Positions 25,850 to 38,878 of a stretch of DNA of 64,000 nucleotides are shown here, in pieces. The stretch's first letter is position 1. Every line of letters begins with the position of its first letter. The stretch is from Neoechinorhynchus agilis (taxonomy: Eukaryota; Animalia; Acanthocephala). Below the pieces are notes generated by a model, which saw only the letters and a program-made list of their open reading frames with translations, was not told the DNA's origin and did no database searches. The translations under genes were made by a program, and so were the position numbers. Location of the stretch: contig CM121341.1 of the NCBI GenBank assembly GCA_051530055.1, positions 806,001 to 870,000 on the forward strand, written 5' to 3'.

Positions 25850-26090
25850 ATTTTGTCCCCTTTGGGGTAGAGACGTAATTTTGTCCCCTTTGGGGTAGAG
25901 ACGTATGGAGCGCTCGGCAGCTCGGCACTCTCTCTGTTCCAGGATCTCTCGAAGAAATTGAGAGAAACGGCCGGCGACTCAAGAGCAGGCGTATTCCTGC
26001 GACAAAATATCTCGCTGGCAGTACAACGGGGCAATGCTGCCAGCGTGATGGCGACGGTCGAGGAAGGACAAAAGCTGGAATTCGGCGGGA
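25850..26090 (+). mobile_element. CRE-clade 3' tail with a 27-bp tandem duplication
   Basis: ATTTTGTCCCCTTTGGGGTAGAGACGT twice (FVPFGVET); FLRQNISLAVQRGNAASVMATVEE. Confidence 0.75.
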
Positions 26091-26479
26091 GGTGGGCAGT
26101 GTGTTAATTGTCGAGAAATGAAGATTGATTGAATACATTTACAAGATAACCAAAAAATTTTGGTGTATTGTGGAAATCAACACTAAAACCATCTTTACCT
26201 GCAACATTTTCTCTAACCACCAACGACGTGGAATGCAAGTGTGTGGTTGCGATTTTTTCCAAAATGTCCAGCGAAGTTAGAGATATATTTCGCGGACCTT
26301 AACAGTGGCAGATCGTTACGCACGTAAGGATAGACAAAAGATTGAATAGAACTAATATAAAATTAGATCCAACCTCTCGCCATTCAGACGATTGTTACTG
26401 TCGGACCAATAACCGCAGAATTTTTTAACTGGAAAATGGTTGTTTGCAACAATAAAAGACTGCTGTGTAGTGGCGACAA

Positions 26480-27200
26480 TTTTTTTTGTAAATTTATTGA
26501 ATCGACATTATCAAGATCTGAAAGGTTAGGATTACATTTACACGACTCATCTGTAAACCGTGATCCGCTTTGTTGCCTTCCACCGTTTTTAATTTTCGAA
26601 TTATTATGGCTTCCATGATGACCCCGTCAATGCGTAAGTCACTGCGAACCATGATTTTGGTTTTATCAAAATCCATAAGGTGTCCATGATGGGCAAAATG
26701 ATTGAGCACAGCAGAACTTCGATCAGTTCCCCTTCTGAGTGCGTATTGATGCTCTTTAATTCTTCGGACTATATCGTTCGTCTGTCCAACGTAAGAGTTT
26801 CCTCATCTCAGACGCAAACGTATTGCCGTCCTTATTGTACGAAACGCAGGCTGATAAAAGCGATCTTAATAAAGCATTGATCCTTTAGATTAACGGTGAT
26901 TGAAACACATATAACTGGCGATGATTGGACGGCATTGAAGAGTAGGTTTGTGAATCTTCGGAAGTAGACATAAAAACGCAGCCACGGTAGACGAAGTTCT
27001 CGTCGTATTATAGAATTGTGGACTTATAAGAGATCGGTTCAACGGACTCCTAAGGAAGATCTTAAACTTAGACTCTATTTCGAGTGGGATCTTTTTCCAG
27101 TCTCGAATTTGTCTGTGTTTAGCATTTGTAAAGTCGCGTTCCTATAATCATCTATGTCCACCGTAGCGAACTTGCCAACCCGAGCCTATTAGATGAAACA
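26480..27200 (-). mobile_element. Penelope-like element 3' part (GIY-YIG)
   Basis: SYVGQTN..VRRIKEHQYA...SSAVLNHFAHHGHLMDFDKTKIM...MEAIII. Confidence 0.8.
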
Positions 27201-27527
27201 TAATAATAACAATATCCAAAAACCTTTTTAGATGAATGATAAGGCGAGGTTTCCTCGGGAAATATTTCAGTACATAAAATGATTTTTTTTGAGCTTCCAA
27301 ATTATTTTTCTACCTTTTAATAGCGAATTATAATAATCACACAACAACAAAACGTTTATACAATCAACACCGTTTACGAAGAAGAGGCATCGCTCTCTAA
27401 CCGGGATTATCTTCCCCTTTCGCTTGAATGCATAAAATCTTTCAGTTTTAACTTGATAACAGAATTTTCAGCCAGCTCAACGACATAAAAAACTTTTTTG
27501 AAGGTATCGATACTTCAGTTAATACTT

Positions 27528-29654
27528 TTAGAGGTCGTAAATTACTTCAATATTTGTATTGTACATTTTTATTGTTTGCAAAGATTGATGATCCTTGAAA
27601 GGTTTATTGTGAAATTGGCGTATCGGATTGCTGGAAATATTAAGAATTTTTAGACTTCTGAGATCGGACAAGTGATGGGATGGAAATAGCGAGAATCCAT
27701 TATTTGCCATACGAAGGTAAATGAGTCTATCAAGACCGTAAAATAAGTGAAAAACGTCAATATCTTTCAATTGATTATTGGCAAGGTCCAGCATTCTTAA
27801 CAGGGGAGTATTTCTAAATGCGCGAGGAGCTATTTTCTCAATCCGATTAGACTGTAGACAAAGAAATTCAAGAGTTTTCAAGTCTTCGAAGTCGTCGTAA
27901 TTGATTGCCGATATCTCATTATTACTCAAATCGACTGAGAACGCATTACCACGGATAAAGAGTCGAACATCTTGTATTCGGGTCAGGTTTTTACTAGCAA
28001 GCAAAGTAAAATTTTCTGTATGATTATAGACTGTAATCACATCGTCTACACCAGCAGCTATTTGTATCGGTTCAGGTATATATCTGGCAAGAGTACGTAT
28101 CGAGAAATATGTCTCCGTTCTGTTTCTAGGGTTATCGTATATTAGAACATAAAAAAAGGGATTATTTTTTACCAGACAATAATCGATCGTTTTGGAACCA
28201 AGTCCATGTACATCAATGCCTGTCATAGGGGTGCCTGATACGTCCAAGTACCGTAAATGTTTAACGTTTTTAAAAACACCATCATCGAAAACATAAAAAT
28301 TAGTATTTGCTAATATGAGTTTTTGAAGTAATTCGTTGTTTCGAAAAATTCCCGTCCGAAACGAGGTCAAATCGAAATTTTGTCCGAGATTAAGTACTTC
28401 AAGTTTTTTCAGTGGAAAAAATGCATCCTTGTATATTTGCACGATTCCGTTCGATGACAGGTCCAATTGGGTAACATTTGTCCACGAATCGAAGTAATTA
28501 GAGCGAATTATTCCTATACGATTTCTTTTTAGAATCAACTTTTCCGTCCAATTGTTTCCACGTGGTACTTCTCCAAGATTTGAGCCCATAATCTTCACAA
28601 CTTTGACTTTTGGCATTCTGGCTAGAATTGTTGAATTCAAACTGTGAGCGATTCCACCGTGTACAATAAATTTTTTCAATTTTTCGAATTGAAATTCCTC
28701 TTCAAACAATTTGTTTAAATCTGCTTGGTATGAAAATTCCAAGATTTTAAGTTTCTCTAGTTTTGCTAATTGACTCAAATTGATCTCATTTAAAGGATTA
28801 GCATCGATCCGTATATTTTCCAGTCTTCTAAAATTGAATTCATTGGTTAGCACGAATCGCTCAATTAAATTATCCGACAAGTCTAAAACCTTCAAGCTTT
28901 TCATCTTCTCCACAACATTTAGGCAATCATTACGCAAACCATTGCGTGACAGTTGTAATGATTGAAGATTGTAAAGATCCACTTGCATGTTCAAGCCCAA
29001 TCGCCACAAGCTATTTATACTCAAATCGAGATCGTTCAAATTGTTAAAACCTTCAAACGCGTCATCTTCGATATATCCAAATACTGCGTTTTGGATTTGA
29101 AGTCTTCTACAATGCCAGAATTTATGAATAAGAGATTTCGTAATGGTAATACTCTCATATTTATTTCTCGTACAATATATCGATAAGTCCGCGACGTTTG
29201 GAAGGATGTGATTGTCACTGTTTATAATGTCGTAGAAAAAAGCAAACTTAATTTTGATTCGATTGATTGAACTGTTTATTGCTATCTTGTTCAAGACACT
29301 TGATACTGAGTTGCTGGATCTAATTGTTGAGCTCAAAATGTGCACACCGTCGTATTTTGTGTATTGAAGCGACCATTCATAGCAAAAGTCAAATCCGAGG
29401 GTTAGAACGAGTAAAGCTTTCACGATGGACAAAAATATCATTCCAGTTAAAAGGAAGTACAAGACTTTCTTATGGTTTGCTTTTATATGCAAGGTGGATT
29501 TAAACGTCAAATTTGATGAATCACTTGTCAACGATCCTTGCAACAGTTTGATCCCTTTTACCCGTTTTAGTTCGAGGTTAAAATGCATTACACCATTTCT
29601 TGTTGTACATAAAAATGAATTTAGTTTAGGCTTCGCTTTTGCCAAAGAAGACAT
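27528..29654 (-). CDS. Intronless extracellular leucine-rich-repeat protein (708 aa; Toll/chaoptin-like ectodomain), apparently C-terminally truncated
   Basis: Many LxxLxLxxN repeats (LNDLDLSINSL, LKVLDLSDNLI, LEVLNLGQN, LRMLDLANNQL); hydrophobic signal-like segment near aa 65-90; no LRRCT, TM or TIR before the stop. Confidence 0.9.
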   Translation of the reverse strand: MSSLAKAKPKLNSFLCTTRNGVMHFNLELKRVKGIKLLQGSLTSDSSNLTFKSTLHIKANHKKVLYFLLTGMIFLSIVKALLVLTLGFDFCYEWSLQYTKYDGVHILSSTIRSSNSVSSVLNKIAINSSINRIKIKFAFFYDIINSDNHILPNVADLSIYCTRNKYESITITKSLIHKFWHCRRLQIQNAVFGYIEDDAFEGFNNLNDLDLSINSLWRLGLNMQVDLYNLQSLQLSRNGLRNDCLNVVEKMKSLKVLDLSDNLIERFVLTNEFNFRRLENIRIDANPLNEINLSQLAKLEKLKILEFSYQADLNKLFEEEFQFEKLKKFIVHGGIAHSLNSTILARMPKVKVVKIMGSNLGEVPRGNNWTEKLILKRNRIGIIRSNYFDSWTNVTQLDLSSNGIVQIYKDAFFPLKKLEVLNLGQNFDLTSFRTGIFRNNELLQKLILANTNFYVFDDGVFKNVKHLRYLDVSGTPMTGIDVHGLGSKTIDYCLVKNNPFFYVLIYDNPRNRTETYFSIRTLARYIPEPIQIAAGVDDVITVYNHTENFTLLASKNLTRIQDVRLFIRGNAFSVDLSNNEISAINYDDFEDLKTLEFLCLQSNRIEKIAPRAFRNTPLLRMLDLANNQLKDIDVFHLFYGLDRLIYLRMANNGFSLFPSHHLSDLRSLKILNISSNPIRQFHNKPFKDHQSLQTIKMYNTNIEVIYDL

Positions 29655-30039
29655 TTTATCATCTATTTAGATACCGCGAGCTTTTGTGATTTAGGTCAAC
29701 TACGGTAAACAATGTTGAATATCTTTGGATAAGGCCAAGTGCGATGATCCTTTCATGTTTCTTTGAATTTGAAGAGTGTTGCTTTTTTAAAAAGAACCTA
29801 AAATTTCAAACTTGACTGGAGCTGAAAACTCCAAGGCCAATTTACGTATCTTAAATTTGAAATAAACGGTTTGTGTCAAAAATAATTTTATAGGTCTATG
29901 CAACTCGTATCCGTTCGTCGTTCATCCAATTCGACCCTCGATCGAAGAAGATAGATGATAGCATTTAATGAAACGAACTCCATCTGAATTTCTCTAAATG
30001 CTTCGAAATGATCCTCTCAATCTCCCGCAACCCCACATC

Positions 30040-30560
30040 ATCCCCTGAGCTTCCAAATGACATCCTACGAGTAACCTCCCTAAGAATTATGGGTATCCAA
30101 TTTCAATCAAACCTGAAATGAGACTCGTACATCACTCTCTCCCTCAAGCTAAAATTTATCTCCTCAAACGTCTCCGAGATTTAGGAATCCCTTCACTCGA
30201 TCTCTACAAATTTAACTTCAGTTTTATTTTACCCTCCCTAACCTACGGTTATCCCGTCTTCTGCAACCTATCAAAAAATCAAAGCCGCCGTCTTGAAATG
30301 TTTCATAAAAGGGCATCTTAAATTTGCACAACTGACGTTCCCTCTCTCACCAAATGTCTTGATACTATTTTCATAAAACAAAAAGCCTATCAACTCTACC
30401 TCCACAATCCCTTTTTCACACGACCACAGCACTCGTAATCCCAATTCCTTTCATCTTCTTTCGACCTCGCACCTCCTTATAGCTACGCTCCTTTTCCCAT
30501 GCGGCCCAATCTTCTCGGATATCATTGCCCGAAATTCAATTAACCTAGCAACAAACACTA
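30040..30560 (+). mobile_element. LINE RT C-terminal fragment
   Basis: KIYLLKRLRDLGIPSLDLYKF..SFILPSLTYGYPVF. Confidence 0.7.
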
Positions 30561-31049
30561 TCATAATATATCTTCTAACAACAAACCTACACATAATATC
30601 TTTCCCCCAGGTATCCCGAAATCACAGCATTGTCTAAATTAGACCTTCAGAAACACTACATTCCCTTAACAGAAACTCTAATAACTCCCGTCATCGTCAA
30701 CTCAAAATCACTTTCCATCAACCAGACATCGCATCCTCCTTTCTTCAAAAGCGCTTCTTAATTGTCAATTCCTCCCCACCATACCGAATATACCCAGACC
30801 GCTCACTTCAAACTGTGAATTCCATCCATCATTCGTCTATGCATAACCGTCTTCTCCCCCCTTCCGCTAACTTATTACAAGCCAAAATCTACTCTCTGAA
30901 CTCACATGTAAATTTTTGGACACTTCCGAAAATCCCCACTGTACGTTGGCAGAATAAAACATTGATACTCGCTCAAAATCCGTTCAGGAACATATCCACC
31001 CAACTTTTCCATCAGGCAATTCCCACAAATTTCATCCCCCTTCAACCTC

Positions 31050-31650
31050 TTTAAAACAGCTATTTCCCTCCATTCTTTTCACTAACACAAGAAATCTGTT
31101 ACCAAAAATAGATCATCTTCCGCTTTTAGCCACCACCACCAACGCAGACATTCCGGTCATTGTGGAAACATGGCTGCACTCCTCCAATTCCGACATCGCC
31201 TTTATTCCTGGCTACACGTCTTTCCACTCTTACAGAGAAGAACGCGTAGAAGGTGGAGTCTCCTTTTTCATTCGGTCTGACCTACCTTACTCCCCCTCCC
31301 CTCAACTCCTTAGCAATGACCATACTTAGAGTACATCTACATAATACACTCTCTCAAACTTCGATTGGGCAGCCGAAATTTAACCATTATCGATATCTAT
31401 CGTCCTCTCTCAGCCGATCTACAAATGGCATCACAGGAGATTGATGCACTGATAGCAAATCTTCACTCTCTTGGTCTTCCTACCCACCACTCCTCACATC
31501 TCGATAAAATCTTTACCAACATCCAGAAATACAAGGATCTTAAAAAGCTACTTCCAATCTCATCATCAGACCATTGTGCAATAATCCTCTCTCCCGTTGC
31601 TCCTATCGATGAACCGTACATGAAGTCTTTCTTAAAAATCGTGAAATCAG
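31050..31650 (+). mobile_element. LINE APE endonuclease fragment
   Basis: ILFTNTRNLLPKIDHL...VETWL...PGYT...R....GGVSFFIR; IIDIYRP; LDKIFTN; SSDH. Confidence 0.8.
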
Positions 31651-33180
31651 GAAGCCAAAGCCCGCTCCAGCTTATTGATTCCTTAGCTAAAAAGCCCAAC
31701 GTGAATGTGATTATTTCAACTTGGTCAGCCAAGGGTACCACACTACCGAGCTTCTCAACAGGATTATGCGAGGTTTGTGATGGGTTTTTCTCCCTGACGA
31801 AAACAGGAGTTCTTAGGGTCCATGGACCCCGTAATTCACGCTGTGGCGACTCCGGTTCACCCCCTAAGTCAGTGCGCCAGAATCTTCTCACGACATCACC
31901 AGTACAAAATAAATTCCATTTGTAGGGAATATTGCGCGAATTCTGCCCAGGAACGTTCTGAAAAGAATCCCAAGGGGCGCGCGATATCAGGCCGCAAAGA
32001 GATTCACCTCTTTATTGACAGACTGCATCGAGACTAACGCAGAGGTGTCGTGGATGCGTCTCTTTGCGTTCCCTAGGATAGTGCTTTCCACTGGTGATGT
32101 TTCTGAGAGATCTGTTACAACAAAAATAAAAGAGCGAATAAGTTCTTTTGACGAAAATTTTACTCAATGCCTTTCGACAGCATGCGAATTACGTAAGGAG
32201 CGTGTCAGGAACATGACCACCGTCGAAACTCAAATCGGTTGCTTGCTGGACGCGTTTCTTCGAAGCTCGGAGACGGAGATGTCCGTGGAGCAGTTCGTCT
32301 TTTATCATCAAAGGACAGTCTCGCCAAAGATAACGAAGAAACTTTACGAACTCTTCGTACCAAACATCCGAGTGACGGCGGTCGGCAGTTTTTCGTTAAA
32401 TCCTCCTTTTTCGATACGATCACTTTTGTTTTAGCATCGAAATCTGAAGTGAAGATGGCAATCTCCTCTTTTGCTAACGGATCAGCTCACGGGCTCGACG
32501 AGCCCCGGCTGGCGCATTTTTGTGTGCCCTTGCGAAAATGGAAGGTGGGATGCGCCCCATTGCAATTGGAACAACTCTGGGCCGCTCAACAGCAAAAATT
32601 TTAAATAAAAGGATCGCGGAAAAAGTAGGGATGCTGCTTCGCCCTACTCAGTTGGACTGCTGTACACCTTGTGGTGGGGAGGCGATTGTTCATTCACTCC
32701 GCACGTTTATCACCGGAAACTCAAAGCCGTGCGTGATCTTGAAATGTGATTTCAAAAATGTATTCAACAAAGTTCACCGATCAGATTTGCTCGAAGTGGT
32801 TAGAGATCACGCACCAGAAGCATTTCGCTATTTCGTTAATGCTTAATGGGACTTCAAATCCCCTGTTAACGTTTTGTGGTCCGAAAGAGGAGTTCAACAA
32901 GGGGATCCTTTGGGCCCAATAGCTTTCTCATTCGCAGTCAATCTCGTCGCGCATCCTCTCCAATCCAGCTTTAACGGCTGGTACCTGGATGATACCGCGG
33001 TCGAAGGTAACCCCTCCGTAGTACTGCGCGATTCGGAGACACTCGTGAAGGAGACGGCGAAAATTGCCATTGAATTGAATGCTGGGAAATGCGAGATTTT
33101 AGTGATGAACGTGGACAATGAGGCGTCCAGGCAAACTATCGTGAAAGATTTTCAGAACCTGGCCCCTGGGATAGAACACG
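31650..33180 (+). mobile_element. CRE-clade non-LTR retrotransposon: N-terminal Zn-finger and RT, frameshifted
   Basis: CEVCDGFFSLTKTGVLRVHGPR; GGMRPIAIG; GGEAIVHSLR; KCDFKNVFN; SERGVQQGDPLGP; WYLDD. Confidence 0.9.
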
Positions 33181-34718
33181 GCGGACAGCTCACGTTTCAT
33201 TTTAAAGATTTACTTGGGTTTAAAGTCTTTTCGTCAACACGATATATTTTTAAACATACGCTGCGGACATTTCACGTTTAATTTTAAGGATTTACTTGTG
33301 TTTTGTGGTCTTTTCGCTTATAAAATATATCATATCGAGAAAATCCATCGAGATGGTAAATTTTGACTTGTGGTGGAGATAATCCCGGTTAAAAATCATT
33401 TTATTGTTCTGAAATATTTCGAAAGAGGAAACCTCGCCTAAAACTGACAACGAATAAAATTTTGTGTGTAAAACTGGCTTTAACAAAAAGCGCTTGCAAA
33501 CATTCACGCCGTCCAAATTTAAAGAATCGTCACCTTAAGGCTTGTTGCTCTAACATTTTCTCCAATCACCAATGGTGAAGAATGCAAGCAAAGTAAATAA
33601 ATAAAATTCATAAATCCGCAGTTGGGTGAAGGATTACTGAGGTAAGTTTGTTTGATTGGCTGACTTCTTGTGACAGCGAGAATTAGAGTGCAAGTGCACT
33701 TGTTACCCAAAGCGTCTCAATGAATTTAAAAAGACGTATTAGATTCATCCTCAGAGCCTATGAAATTATATTTCAAAGATAATTAGTTTAAAAAAGAAAG
33801 AAGGTTTAAAAGGTATTTCATCCAAAAATATTTTCTAAGACATTTCCATGTCGTGCTAATCTTTTTTAATCGTAAAGGAAAGGACTATTGTCTGAAAATG
33901 CTTAAAGATTTTAAGATCTCTTTCTTAGATCTATCACGAGTCACATTCCTAATGCTGAACTCTATACAAGATTTAGGAGTAAATCTAAAGTAGGCGCTAA
34001 AACAATAATATATTTGTACCGTAAAAATACGTCCACCGCTTGCGCCATTCCATGTTCAGCGCCTAAAATCAATGCAATAAAAAATCTTTGTATCCTATGT
34101 CAAAGGTTCGCATAATAGCATCATCTCGTATCTTTGACGAGTGATGAATTTTGAATTGATACATTTTTTAGAATCTCGAAACCTCACTTTTCAGGAGTTT
34201 GTTCGTCGTCGTGGAGCGCATTCCCTGTTAGCACAACCGGATTCTATGAATGAAAGGATGAATGTAAATACAGGACATTTCATGAATAAATATTTTAATT
34301 TCAGGAATATATATTTTACGTTAAAATGATGTAAATTTTATTTAAAAATCCTCAACATTCGAAATTAAATAACACTATAATTTCTTCACGCCACTGCAGC
34401 CATACGAATGCTCGCGGCGTTTCCCCGCTGCACGGCAAGACTTATGTTTTGCCGCGAGAACATTGGGGGCGCGATTATCCTTTGTTATTCTCGCAAATCG
34501 CCGACATATTTAATTGGTCAGTGCCAACGGAGAAAATATGAAATCTGCAAAGCGAAGTTGCTGTATTTGACAACTTTCCTTTATTCCGCAGCAGTGGCGA
34601 CTTCGCCGGCGCCTTTTTTTCTCACTTTCGAAGTTGCTCTTAGGGAGAAGACGATCACTCCTCCGGAAATTTTCCGTCGATGCGTCCTAAATTGCTTGGC
34701 TCGAGGACGTTGGGAATG

Positions 34719-35605
34719 TTAATGCGGGACAGAGCTCTGCTGATTATAAAGTTGAGTGTCGAGTGTCTCGGGGACCAAACTGCAGAGCTCACGTGTGCCA
34801 GTTTCGTCTACATGTGAGCCATAACGACTTTGGTGCGAAATTATGCAGATATTCAATCCCAACCGGAGGAAAAATGAGATGCGCAATGTCTCGTCGCCTA
34901 GTAATGTTCCCAAGTGTTCATTGGGCGAAGCTTCGAGCCATGATCCCGATTCTTTGGTCGAATAAGCAATCAGTCGAATTAGGGACCTCTCGTCCATCTG
35001 GTCCATTAAAGGGTTGTAAACCTGATGAACGACTGGTGAGTCCCAAGATTGCTGTTTTTCATAGTTTCCTGGAGATTGAACCAATCCGGTTAGTGACGAC
35101 CATTTCGATAAGGCCTCTGTGAACCGCCTTTCGTCAACCTCATCGGGAACTTGGTTTCGAGTGTTCACGGCTAACGCATATTTATTCAAGGAAGGAGGGC
35201 AAGGCAATGTGACTCGTACGTCTAATGCCAGAACCAGCGAAAGATGTGGGCAAGCTTGTTTGCCGTCATTTTAATTCGCCGAAGCCCACATTTAGAATGC
35301 TCTCAAGTTTGTCGAGCTTAGCCAAGTCTTTCTGATAGTTGAAGGCTGGAGTAATAAGCACTGGAAACGATGAGTGGAGACTTGAAGAACCACAACCGAA
35401 CATTTTGGGACAGGGTCCATGCAGCACTTCGCAGTGAATTAAAAACTATTGTTATTTTTTTAAATCTGGCTAGCCAGCAACTTTTATTTTGTTTGCATAA
35501 TACCTTAGATCATTCACACCACCGCTCTGGATCACTCAGCTACCGTCCTGGTGTAACGGTCAAAAGGACGGATGCAGCGCCCCCCCCGTTGCGCAGCCAG
35601 GCTTA
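34719..35605 (-). mobile_element. CRE-clade C-terminal fragments
   Basis: ESGSWLEASPNEHLGTLLGDETLRI...LRLG; a separate tail SLAAQRGGAASV at about 35520-35605. Confidence 0.75.
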
Positions 35606-35609
35606 TCAG

Positions 35610-35695
35610 TGAGTTTAGGAAACAACTCACTGAAGAGTCCCACCTCCTCGGGAACTACCTGCGAATTCGGAGAGATGTAAAGACTCATAAAAGTA
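35610..35695 (+). mobile_element. SINE copy C (body only)
   Basis: AACTCACTGAAGAGTCCCACCTCC...TTCGGAGAGATGTAAGACTCATAA. Confidence 0.6.
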
Positions 35696-36969
35696 TTGTT
35701 CAGAGTATTAAGTGATTTTATGCGCTTCGCATACCGAAATCGGTGGGCAGTGTGCCCAAGGAAAAATTATCAGCCGCGAAAAAACGGCCGCACTTAAACA
35801 CGAAACTATTGTCTAAATTATTTTATTTTTTTATTATTTTAACGTAAAATATATATTCCTGAAATCAAAATATATATATTCATGACACTTTAAATTGCGT
35901 CTTAATATGATTTACAAGTTTCAATGCTTGTTGGAATCAAATCTTTCTATTATGGGGTACTTCAAATATGGAGTTCCGCAATGATCGCCTCTTTCACCAA
36001 CACCATTGCTATTGATAATGATATATATTTTTAACCAAATTAACACTTTGTCCATCTTTCTTATTTTGTGATGCTATTTCTAAGAAAGTCTAATTAGCAA
36101 GATTTTAGGATTTCTAAATGGTTTATCCAATGCTCTCATGTAAGCCAATTTAATAATTAATCTCAATGAAACTTTTATTATGCCCTTGACTAGATAACAT
36201 GCCTCGAGAGCTTTCCTAAATTTTTAGTTAAATCTACCACATTTCTCACGCTTTGTAACCTCAAAAATCGCACCAGAAAATTAGTTGTCGATTTCCAGTG
36301 TAGAAACCACAGATTTTTAAACAATTGTTCTTTGAAGAGCACTTTAACAAAGTCAAATGTTTTATTAAACTTTCAAATCACCTTTAATTGACGACTAATT
36401 TAACAAAGATCACTGAAATCGCACGATTCTTTAGCAAAAATCGGGGTTCTAGTCCCCACTTTGGGTTCTGTAAGTTTGTCAAGCTGGGCTCGACCATTTT
36501 TATGGTATTATTAGCAAAATATTCCAATAATAAGGAGTGTAGATCGATTTTGATGCGGACCAATATATATATTCTGAGCCGGAGTGTGATTTATTCAATA
36601 TACTAATGGGGAATTTATCAAAATTGGATGCGATGCAAATATAACTGAATGGAGGATGTTTAATCTGGACGCATGAAGGGCATCTTGAAGAAAACGTCTG
36701 CGCGTAATCCTAATAAATTTGCGCAGGTTCACTTTTTACACTAATAAGCAGCTGGAATAAACTGATTGATTTGAGATCATTTAACACTCAATCTGAATCC
36801 TTGTGTCTGGATCAACTTACTACGGTGCTTATTATATTATTTGAAGAATAACTAATGGCGATTATAAATTAATTGTTGGCTTTTGTAATATTTCCTGGAC
36901 AAACAGCGAGCCAATAAAATCTTAAAAATTATAAAAGATGCGACTGATTAATTTTCTGCCGCTAAAACT

Positions 36970-37250
36970 AAGCTTTAAGTCTTTGAATAAAGTTTTACAA
37001 TAGTCAAAATGGAATCAGGTCTTCAAAACGAGTAAGCTAGGAAAAACGTGAGCCTATAAAAACTTTTAAAAGTGTAAAAGATGGGACGGATTGATATTCT
37101 GTCTTTAAAACCAAGAGAAGTGTCATTTTAGGCTTTAAGTCTTTGGATAAATTTTTACAGGGGTCAAAATCGAACCAGGTCTTCAAAACGAGTTAACTAA
37201 GCCAACCGTGAGCCTGTAAAACCTTGTAAAAGTGTAAAAGATGGAAATAA
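36970..37250 (+). repeat. Diverged tandem duplication, ~160-bp period
   Basis: GCTTTAAGTCTTTG...CAGGTCTTCAAAACGAGT...AAAAGTGTAAAAGATGG occurs twice. Confidence 0.7.
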
Positions 37251-37462
37251 TTGACAATTAAGTCGCCCGAAAAAACTCAAGCCAGTTCATTTTTTCCTCC
37301 TTAAAATTTCAAACTCTAGCAAAATTCATATTTGTTGGGCGAGCGATAAGATGGCAAAATCTAAGCATACATTGAATCCATACCTTTACCTCGCAGCCAA
37401 AAGTGAAGTATTGACCTTATTTTAGCGAAATCGCAAATTTGATCACCTACTCGGTGCCGTTT

Positions 37463-37975
37463 CTATATGGCCCATACTTGTTTGAGAGCATCTGCAATCC
37501 CGACGTCGTTGTAAATAAAGTAGACGAATCCAGCAAGCGCCAGTCCGCTAAGTCCGTAAAGTGAAGTGAGAAATGACTTTTGAAGTTTATTTGGGACGTA
37601 ATCTGCGATAATATGTTGCATTCCCCAATGAGCGTGAGTTACAATGAGTGCTACGAGTGTTGCTTCTAAAGCTTTGGAAGGAAATATGAAGATTGCTGGA
37701 ATAAGGAGTGCGATATCAAGTGAGACAATTCGTTCGATTGACCATTTCACATTTGCCGGCACTACAGATCCGGAAGCGGCTGCTTTTGGTTGACCGAATG
37801 CTAGAGCCTGCATTTTGAGCGATTGTTCCAATAGTCCGCTTCGTTGTCTATCAAACACATTGGTGCTCATGAACGCAGTTGGATTTATTCCAAACGAGGA
37901 TGATGAACTTCTAAGCAGACTGGTGCGTAGGGTCTGCTGAAGAGCGGATTTAGAAATCAAACGAGAAATGAGCAT
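37463..37975 (-). CDS. SDHD: Succinate dehydrogenase cytochrome b small subunit (CybS), intronless, 170 aa
   Basis: Ser/Arg-rich mitochondrial presequence; WSIERIVS; THAHWG (haem His); IIADYVP (quinone Asp-Tyr); LAGFVYFIYNDVGI. Confidence 0.95.
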   Translation of the reverse strand: MLISRLISKSALQQTLRTSLLRSSSSSFGINPTAFMSTNVFDRQRSGLLEQSLKMQALAFGQPKAAASGSVVPANVKWSIERIVSLDIALLIPAIFIFPSKALEATLVALIVTHAHWGMQHIIADYVPNKLQKSFLTSLYGLSGLALAGFVYFIYNDVGIADALKQVWAI

Positions 37976-38244
37976 ATCTTAAAAATAAGGATGAAGGTGG
38001 TAAAGGAGGAAAATATTAAGCAAATGATGGAAGGAGAAGGTTCTTTTTGTCTTGAAAAATAGCGTAGCGGAATGATGACGAAGACTCCGTGTACGGCAGG
38101 GAGTATTCTTCGTGTGCTTTTATAGAAGTAGTTAGAGGCATTTAGGAAACAATATTAGAAGATTCTCCGTTTTTTAATTAACGCAAATGCTGTATTCTAA
38201 ATTATTTATTAATTGAAAAGTAAAATTTAAACACCTCCGAGAGA

Positions 38245-38878
38245 ATACTTTTTTTTTCCTAGTTTTGCCACCCCGGAATTTGATTTAGTACATTTTATTT
38301 CCCCCAAAATTTCGACATTTCCTCAATTCAAGACGCATTCACATTTGAAAATAACTTACAAGCATTGACAAACCTTGAGGAAATGTCGGAATTATCCGAG
38401 AGGTGAAATATCGGTTAATTAGAGATTAGTGAATTTAAATCCCCGGGATGGTAAAACAAAGAAAGGGAAGTAAAATTTTAACATTCGGACACTTGGAAAC
38501 CTTTTCAACAAAGAAAATGAATCAAAGCTTTACAATACAAACCTTGGCAGTCAGAAAATGATTTTCTCTTTTCCGCTTGAGTTGAATATGAACAATTCGG
38601 AAAGAGAAGCCGAATCGAAAGAAAAATATGAATAGTGACGTCTATTTCTTTTAGTCCAGGTTGAATGTATTGGGAATTTCTTGGATTATTATCTTCGGGG
38701 GAAAAGATGCATTCTTTTTCTTAATTTTACCACCCTGGAATTTGATTTAGTACATTTTATTTCCCCGATATTTCAACCCTCGGATAATTCCGACATTTCC
38801 TCAAGGTTTGTCATTGCTTGTAAGTTTCCTAGTGAATTGAAATCCGGGGTGGCAAAACTAAGAAAAAGAAAGTATTGG
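38245..38878. mobile_element. Two MITE-like copies (about 38245-38480 and 38710-38878)
   Basis: TIR-like TAGTTTTGCCACCCCGGA / TCCGGGGTGGCAAAACTA; shared core GTCGGAATTATCCGA. Partial copies near 8130-8210 and 54720-54800. Confidence 0.7.

Noticed and set aside
25850-25905. 27-bp direct repeat pair suggestive of a CRISPR repeat
   Set aside because: Two abutting copies without a spacer inside a retrotransposon ORF in a eukaryotic genome.
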